DNA of 64,000 bases from Vicugna vicugna (Eukaryota), in NCBI GenBank assembly GCA_013265495.1, contig MU057880.1, forward strand, positions 712,527 to 776,526, in the 5' to 3' direction. The notes beneath the pieces are model-generated. The model made no database searches. It saw only the letters and a list, made by a program, of their open reading frames with translations, and was not told the DNA's origin. The position numbers were made by a program, and so were the translations under genes. This document shows, one piece after another, positions 60,331 through 64,000 of this stretch. Numbering within the stretch: position 1 is the stretch's first letter; each line of letters begins with the position of its first letter.

Positions 60331-63099
60331 CTGGGAGACGATTTCATTTTTAACAGGTCCCTCTTGAGTTTTCAGTGTGCTTTGTAAACGATCCAAAATA
60401 AACTGTGATTGTGGAGAGGTGTGAGAAGGAAAAAGGATTTGAGTTGAGCTTTCAAGGAAGTAAATAAGCCAGAAGAGACGATGTTTGCTATAACAATGGG
60501 GAGTAAGATTGCATTCAGCTATCGGATGAAGCAGATTTTAGCACTGTCTTAATTTTGTAGATGAGAAAATTGAACTTCAGAGGCTAAGTTCCATGAACTA
60601 CAGTCACAGAGCTAATATCTCAGTCCAAGTTGACTGATTCCACTGCTCTGGGTTGGGATCTGGGCGTGGACCTTTCTGAGGGCTCTCCGAGTGATTCTGA
60701 TGCTCAGCTGAGTTGAGAACCACTAGTGGAGACTGGGCAAGGAAGGGGATAAGCCTTGGGGGAGCCCACATTGAGGACAAGGGGAGTGAGGGCCACGGAT
60801 GGAGGAAAGAGCCTCCAAAGTAAGTCCCTTAAGACAATAGAAGTCTGTAAAAGCCAGTAAGGAACTTCAAAGAGAGGGGTTCAGCACAAGGAAATGAAAA
60901 TCCAAGAAAACAATGATAGACGAATATTTGGAAGTTATCAGTGGTCTCAGAAAAAGCACTAGAGGAAGACTAGGATGATCTGAGTCGATACAACCAGCAC
61001 TGAAGAATTTTTGTCTGCTGACGTCATAGAAGAGACCACTCTGTTTTTGAGACCAGAAGCCCAGTCGGGGACAATGACAGGATTTCCTCCATTGGGGCAT
61101 ACTTTAAAAATTGAACATTCTTGAAATCAGGATGTGTTTTATAATAGTTGTTTACAAATGTAGAGCCCCTATTTCTCCTCCCACGTGTGACACAATATAT
61201 TGCATCTTAAAGACCGGTGAAGATGTGCTTCAACAAATTGGAAATGAAGACCTACTATGTGGCAAGTGCTCAGAATTTGAAAATTGATAAGCAAGGTCCT
61301 TGTTCTCAAGTAGCTCACAGACTCTCAGGGCAGATCTATGTCAACAGAAGATTTCAAAACAATATATATGAATGGAGAAGGATTGCAGTAACTGGGTGTG
61401 GGTTAACTCTATTTTTTTCTTCTGAATTGAAGGAAGTGTTTTCTTGTTTTACATACTTAAGTTTCTCTAGACATGTGACCTGATGATTAAGTTGTTTTCA
61501 TCTGTGTCTCTTCTGTTGGCAGTTAGGTGTTTTCCAACACATACAAACAGTATTTCTAATTTCAGTAAGAAGAAGGAAATGTACATACAGGAAATGGGGG
61601 AAGACTTTATAGTCCAGTTATAAGAGAGTGCACTGCAAATAGTGAGTGGGTGGGGCTTTTCGTTTTGTTGTAAGAAGTAAGCGAGATCTGTTACTAAAAA
61701 TTGTGAGGCGTGGAAGTACCTGGCTTTCTTTTCTTTTCTTTTCCTTACATTAACGCAGGCTTGGCACATATGATTGCTCAAGACACATTTGCTGAATCGG
61801 GTATGAAAAACTAATCCCAGTTTTTCTTGCACTCAGAATGGCAGATTGGCGTAGCTCAGGCCGGAAAAGCTGGAGGAGCTCAGGTCGTGAAGACTTCCTG
61901 AGAGAGAGGAAATTTAAGCTGGGTTCAGGAGGAGCATTTTAGGAAAGTTTCTGGCTGCCTATCTGGGTAAAGTTGTTATCCATGCAAATGAAAGTCTTGT
62001 TGAGATTATAAAATCAGGAGAATTGTTCACAGATAAACCTCTTTCCAGAAAGGAGCTGCTGTTGTGACTCTGCCCTGGTGTCACTATGAAGCTGTCTCTT
62101 TGCCAACCAGATCCACTTATTTGCCAATGTATCGATTTGTCTTAGGAATGTCTTAAGGAATGGTTCAAGTTCCTGTGGACAGCCATTGTCGGGAGATGGC
62201 AGGGGTTGGGGAGTGGTGGGGGTCAAGGAGGCTGCAAATTCTAAGGCAGAGGCATGCAACCTAGGTGTTGACCATGAAGAAAAGAGTAGCATGAGCTTTA
62301 AAAAAAAAATCAGAATTAACTACAACCCCCACTGGCTTTTCATTGACTTGAGGGTCACAGCTCTTCTCTGAGTGCTGGCTCTCCCAGCCGGCTTCCTCCT
62401 TGTCTACTTTCTCATAATCATGGCATTTCTTAGTCACTGTCCGTCCTCAGGACGCGCACAGCACAGCATAGCTAAAGGAGTGCTGAACTGAGAATCAAGA
62501 AAGTGGGTTTTACTAGGGATTTATCTTCCTCCAGGAAATAGTGAAGGAGCTACACAAAACGTAGTAGAAGGGAGTCCAGCAGTGTTGGCAGTAATGCAAA
62601 GGCAGTAATAACCTAATAGCCCCCAAATAGGATGGTAAGCAGTGATGAAGCAGGATCTGCGGTGATTAAGAAAAGACAAACTTCCTGAGTTCAAGTCCCA
62701 GCTCTACCACCTGGCAGCTGGGTGAGTTATTTAAACTCTTGATGCCTCAGGTTCCCAATCTGTAAAATGGTTTTAACAGAGTCTGCTCCACAGATGTGTT
62801 GTTACAGACACAGCACTTAAGCACTCAGTAAACCATGTGGCCATATATTTTATCCCCCCAAATAGGACACTTTGGAGAATGAAACAAGAAGCTAATCTAC
62901 TTGGACAACACACTAAACTGAAAATGTCCTGAAAAAAGATCAGATCACTCTGTTGATCAACATTATGTATTAGTTAAATAAATAAAGTATATTGAAATAA
63001 TGAAGCAAAATGCATCTTCTAAAATTCCTATTATATTGTTAGCTAAAAACAATCATATTGAGATTCAGTATAGGAGAGAAATTTCATACTCTATAGCTG

Positions 63100-63990
63100 A
63101 GTTAATCTCTCAAAAGTAGAACAAAAAGTCCAAGCGACAGAAGATAGGGAAAGATATGAAAACGAGAAATCGATTAAAATGAAGCCAGCCTAGTATCTGA
63201 CTAACAAGAGGCCTAAAAAGAGAACAGAGAAAACAGAAGAAAGAAAATCAATAGCATAAGAAAATGTCTCAGAAGGGAATACGAACGTCCAGATTGAAAG
63301 GCTGTTGAAAGGCTGTGCCAAAGCCAGACAACACCCACAAAATCAAGTGCATCAAGCCATGTCCCTGTGAAACTTCATTGTGCTGAGACGAAAAGACAGT
63401 TTTTGAGAGGAAAGCCAGGATACACACAGAGGACCTGGAATCCATGAGGCATCACACTTCTTGACAGTGATACCAGGCTCTAGAAGACACTGGGGCTATG
63501 ACCTCTATGCTTGATGGAAAGTGAAAAGACTTGCAATCTCGAATTCGACACCCAGACCAACTATCAGGTGGGAAGATAGAAGGGAGACATTTTCATGCAA
63601 GTACGTACTCAAAAGAGTGCCTTTTCTCCCCAAGAAGCAACTGGAGAATATTATCTAGCAAGACAATAGGGGAAAACCCAGGGCAGAGGAAGGAATATGA
63701 TTCAAGAAATAAGAGACTCAACAAAGGTCTTGAGCAGAGGGCATGCCCAAGATATTAAAGGGGAGGCCCAGGAATGTGGCTGTGGGGTGGGGGGACCCGG
63801 AGGAGGAGCAGGTCTAGTGGGGGCTCCCCTGGGAGCCCTGACTGTATACAGATACTGGGTTAAATTCCAGAAGAAGCAAATGGGCTACAAAGTGTCTGCT
63901 TTTGTAGAAGAGAATGTTGGGACAGGGAGTGTGGAGAAGAGGGAAGTATTATTATTATAAGCATTTTAGTCCTATTATATGTATTTTATG
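63100..63990 (+). mobile_element. ancient HAL1 / L1 ORF1-like relic
   Basis: Degenerate ORF1 motifs gaaaatgtctcagaa..tccagattgaaagg, catcacacttctt, tctcgaattcgacacccagaccaact. Confidence 0.6.
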
Positions 63991-64000
63991 TGTATTATGT

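Noticed and set aside
56966..64000. Search for SPMIP2 exon 4 (expected to begin W-QPKP)
   Set aside because: No matching acceptor and peptide found; presumably downstream of the window.
1..64000. CRISPR arrays, operons or other prokaryotic or novel multi-gene systems
   Set aside because: The sequence is mammalian intronic/intergenic DNA, and the recurring repeats are explained by known retroposon and transposon classes.

Overview
This is mammalian genomic DNA, almost certainly from a camelid (alpaca, llama or camel). The evidence is about 10 copies of a tRNA-Ala(AGC)-derived SINE resembling camelid Vic-1 and many young 5'-truncated L1 3' ends. The only protein-coding gene I can support is the 5' part of SPMIP2 (C4orf45, sperm microtubule inner protein 2) on the + strand. 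Its coding exons lie at 5982-6045, 43938-44170 and 56907-56965, splice in frame through GT-AG introns, and have an RFX X-box just upstream; the remaining exon(s) are not seen and presumably lie beyond the window. Intron 1 carries an antisense, near full-length processed pseudogene of ferritin light chain (FTL). The rest is intronic or intergenic sequence full of L1, HAL1, SINE, MaLR/ERV LTR and hAT relics. Almost all entries in the ORF track are spurious. I found no convincing novel biological system. The most interesting observations are an apparent regional AT-to-GC substitution bias, an L1 with ORF1 joined to a 3'UTR and no ORF2 (HAL1-like), a double insertion at one target site, a tandem duplication, and two CpG-rich intronic patches ending in strong splice donors. 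Repeat family names and orthologue comparisons come from my recollection of consensus sequences, not from a search, and repeat boundaries are approximate.
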